A DNA stretch of 63,558 nt, filler included, from Octopus bimaculoides (lineage: Eukaryota): NCBI RefSeq assembly GCF_001194135.2. It is 6 parts of 6 records of this genome, joined end to end, with 100 filler letters (N's around TTAATTAATTAA, not from the genome) between each part and the next. Parts side by side here need not be neighbours in the genome. Positions count along the whole stretch, not along the records: positions 61,496 to 63,558 come from NC_068981.1; 5 more parts are not named here. One strand, given 5' to 3'. Within the stretch, counting starts at the first letter, position 1. Each line of letters opens with the position of its first letter. This document shows, piece by piece, positions 61,750-63,558 of this stretch. The position numbers and the translations under genes were made by a program. A model generated the notes under the pieces. It was not told where the DNA came from and searched no databases. It saw only the letters and a program-made list of their open reading frames with translations.

Positions 61750-62810
61750 GGGATAATATGAGTCTTCGGAGACAGTTGCTCCCATAAGTATGCTGTACTG
61801 CTTGGCATTCGCGCCGGACATCTCAGAGTACTTGTGCAGAGTATTCGGAAAGAGTTGGATGAGTCTAATGGTGATTACGAAGGTATAGCAGCTCGGAAAA
61901 CTGACACTGATTGTTCTGATAAGAAAAGAACTCTTGAATTTGTTGGTGAGCTCCAGGCCATGATTGATAACGTTTCCTCCAAGTCAATCACGTCCATTGC
62001 CAAGGACATGGGAGTTTTTTTTTTATTAGACAGGCAGTGCTTGAAGACATTCGGTATTACTCATACAAGATAAGAAAGGGTTAATTTTTATCCCAAGCCA
62101 TCAAGGACGAGAAAAGACTGCACTACGAAGCTTTTGAACAAACTCAAGTATCCCCTCCAACCGAACATGCCAGGATCAGCTGGTGAACGCACAGAACAAC
62201 CGTTGGCTTGCCGTGTCACTAAAACATGTACCGAGAGCGATAAAAATCAAACATCCAGTCAACATCATGGTGTTTGATGTGATCACTAGTGATGGCGACG
62301 TTATGCTCCATTCATCTTCTCACACGGCCCCAGACTCAACACGGAGTCCTATATCAAGTGCTTGGAGTAGGTAGTGCTGCCTTGGGTCAAGAGCGTGGCT
62401 GCTAGAAGACCCTATGTCTGGCAACAGGACTCTGCACCATGCTACACAAGCAGGAGAACCCAGTCATGCCTGTCAAACAATATCTGCGACCACATCACCC
62501 CTAACATCTGGCTACCTAACTCCCCAGACTGCAACCGCCTCGATTATGTGTGGGGTGCAGTTGTGCGAGAAACCAACAAAATTCCTTGTAACACCAAAGA
62601 TGAACTGAGGGCAAGGATTATAGCAGCATTCACCAACTTAAATAAGGAGACCGTCCAGAAGATTTGCAGAAGATTCCGAAGTGGTCTGGAGACCGTGGTT
62701 GAAGCTTATGGCGATTTTATTGAATCAATTTACTCTTTAGTATTTCAAGATATTTTTATGTAATGTTGGTAAATATATATGTTAAAATGAGATGTCAGTA
62801 TTATTTTCGT
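61750..62810 (+). mobile_element. Decayed DD37D (maT/Bmmar1-like) mariner transposon
   Basis: NAQNNRWLA, KHPVNIMVF, QQDSAPCY...WLPNSPDCNRLDY. There are 37 residues between the second and third Asp by manual count. Confidence 0.92.
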
Positions 62811-63118
62811 TTTTGTTTATATATATCGATAACGATAAAAATATATGGTTAGAGTGAGTTTTAGTGAACGAAAAAAAGAAAAGAAGGGAAAATATTAGAG
62901 ATATAATGAATAGAAATAGCTTTTCTGATAATTTTTCCACCTTGATAATTAGATTCTTATAAATCATAAGGTGTTTAAACATTTAATAATTCATAACCAT
63001 CTAGTTTTCAAAATGGAAAATTTATCTGAATTTATCTGTTCAATTGTCAAATATATAATATTGCACCAAGGATTTTCTATTTCTAATTCTACTTTAAAAC
63101 TGCATACGTGCTCTGTAG

Positions 63119-63473
63119 TATTTTATTTTCCGATGTTTTTGACGGAGATTATGTGGTTGTGAGGTCTTTGCTTGAGTATATAAGAACGCTCTTTATTTTG
63201 GACCCACTATATCAGGCCTACTATACAGATAATGGGAGAAAAGTTCTTAATATCACTGTGAAGGATAATAACTTGCCTATTCAGCAGTTTGCCAGTCTGA
63301 AGCCTCCTCTTCCGACACGTAAATCCCCAGACAAAAAGAATCATACAGTATTGAAGGAACTTTCCTTTCCGTTACTGTTAGATAGGCAGTCACGATTGCC
63401 ATTAAACATGCATAAGGTGATTTTGGCCGATAGCAGTCGAGAAGAGTCTGGTGAGAGCATGAAGAGGGCCTGA
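63119..63473 (+). CDS. Probable terminal coding exon of an unidentified gene
   Basis: About 117 codons of non-repetitive, protein-like open frame (FDGDYVVVRSLLEYIRTLFILDPLYQAYY...ESMKRA*), preceded by a CTCTGTAG acceptor. The exact 5' boundary is uncertain. Confidence 0.55.
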
Positions 63474-63558
63474 ATCAACTATTCATCCTTTGCGCGTGAC
63501 ACACATACACACACACATACACACCGAGAGACCTATATATATATATATATATATATAT

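Overview
This is repeat-rich, AT-rich eukaryotic DNA. The SINE and LINE families and the microsatellite load resemble octopus/cephalopod genomes; this is an inference from pattern recognition. The window is not one locus. Five identical 100-nt spacers (44 N + TTAATTAATTAA + 44 N) join six separate scaffolds: 1-5706, 5807-27464, 27565-53559, 53660-59057, 59158-61395 and 61496-63558. Most recognisable sequence is decayed mobile DNA: Penelope-like GIY-YIG elements, R4/Dong-type restriction-endonuclease retrotransposons, RTE and L1/Tx1 LINEs, hAT, Tc1 and DD37D mariner transposons, MITEs, and many copies of at least three tRNA-headed SINE families. No complete host gene, rRNA, true tRNA or CRISPR array can be supported; there are only candidate exons of unidentified genes. 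The most interesting observations are a variant dimer-type hammerhead ribozyme fold in a Penelope terminal repeat, and an unrecognised three-copy coding-like repeat ('MED...NIDPSRV'). One copy of that repeat is open and lies downstream of a textbook promoter, and two flank a GIY-YIG domain as inverted repeats. Also notable are a SINE whose 3' tail matches an L1/Tx1 3' end, a probable twin-primed RTE inversion and a chain of micro-exons. All alignments and counts were done by eye, without database searches.
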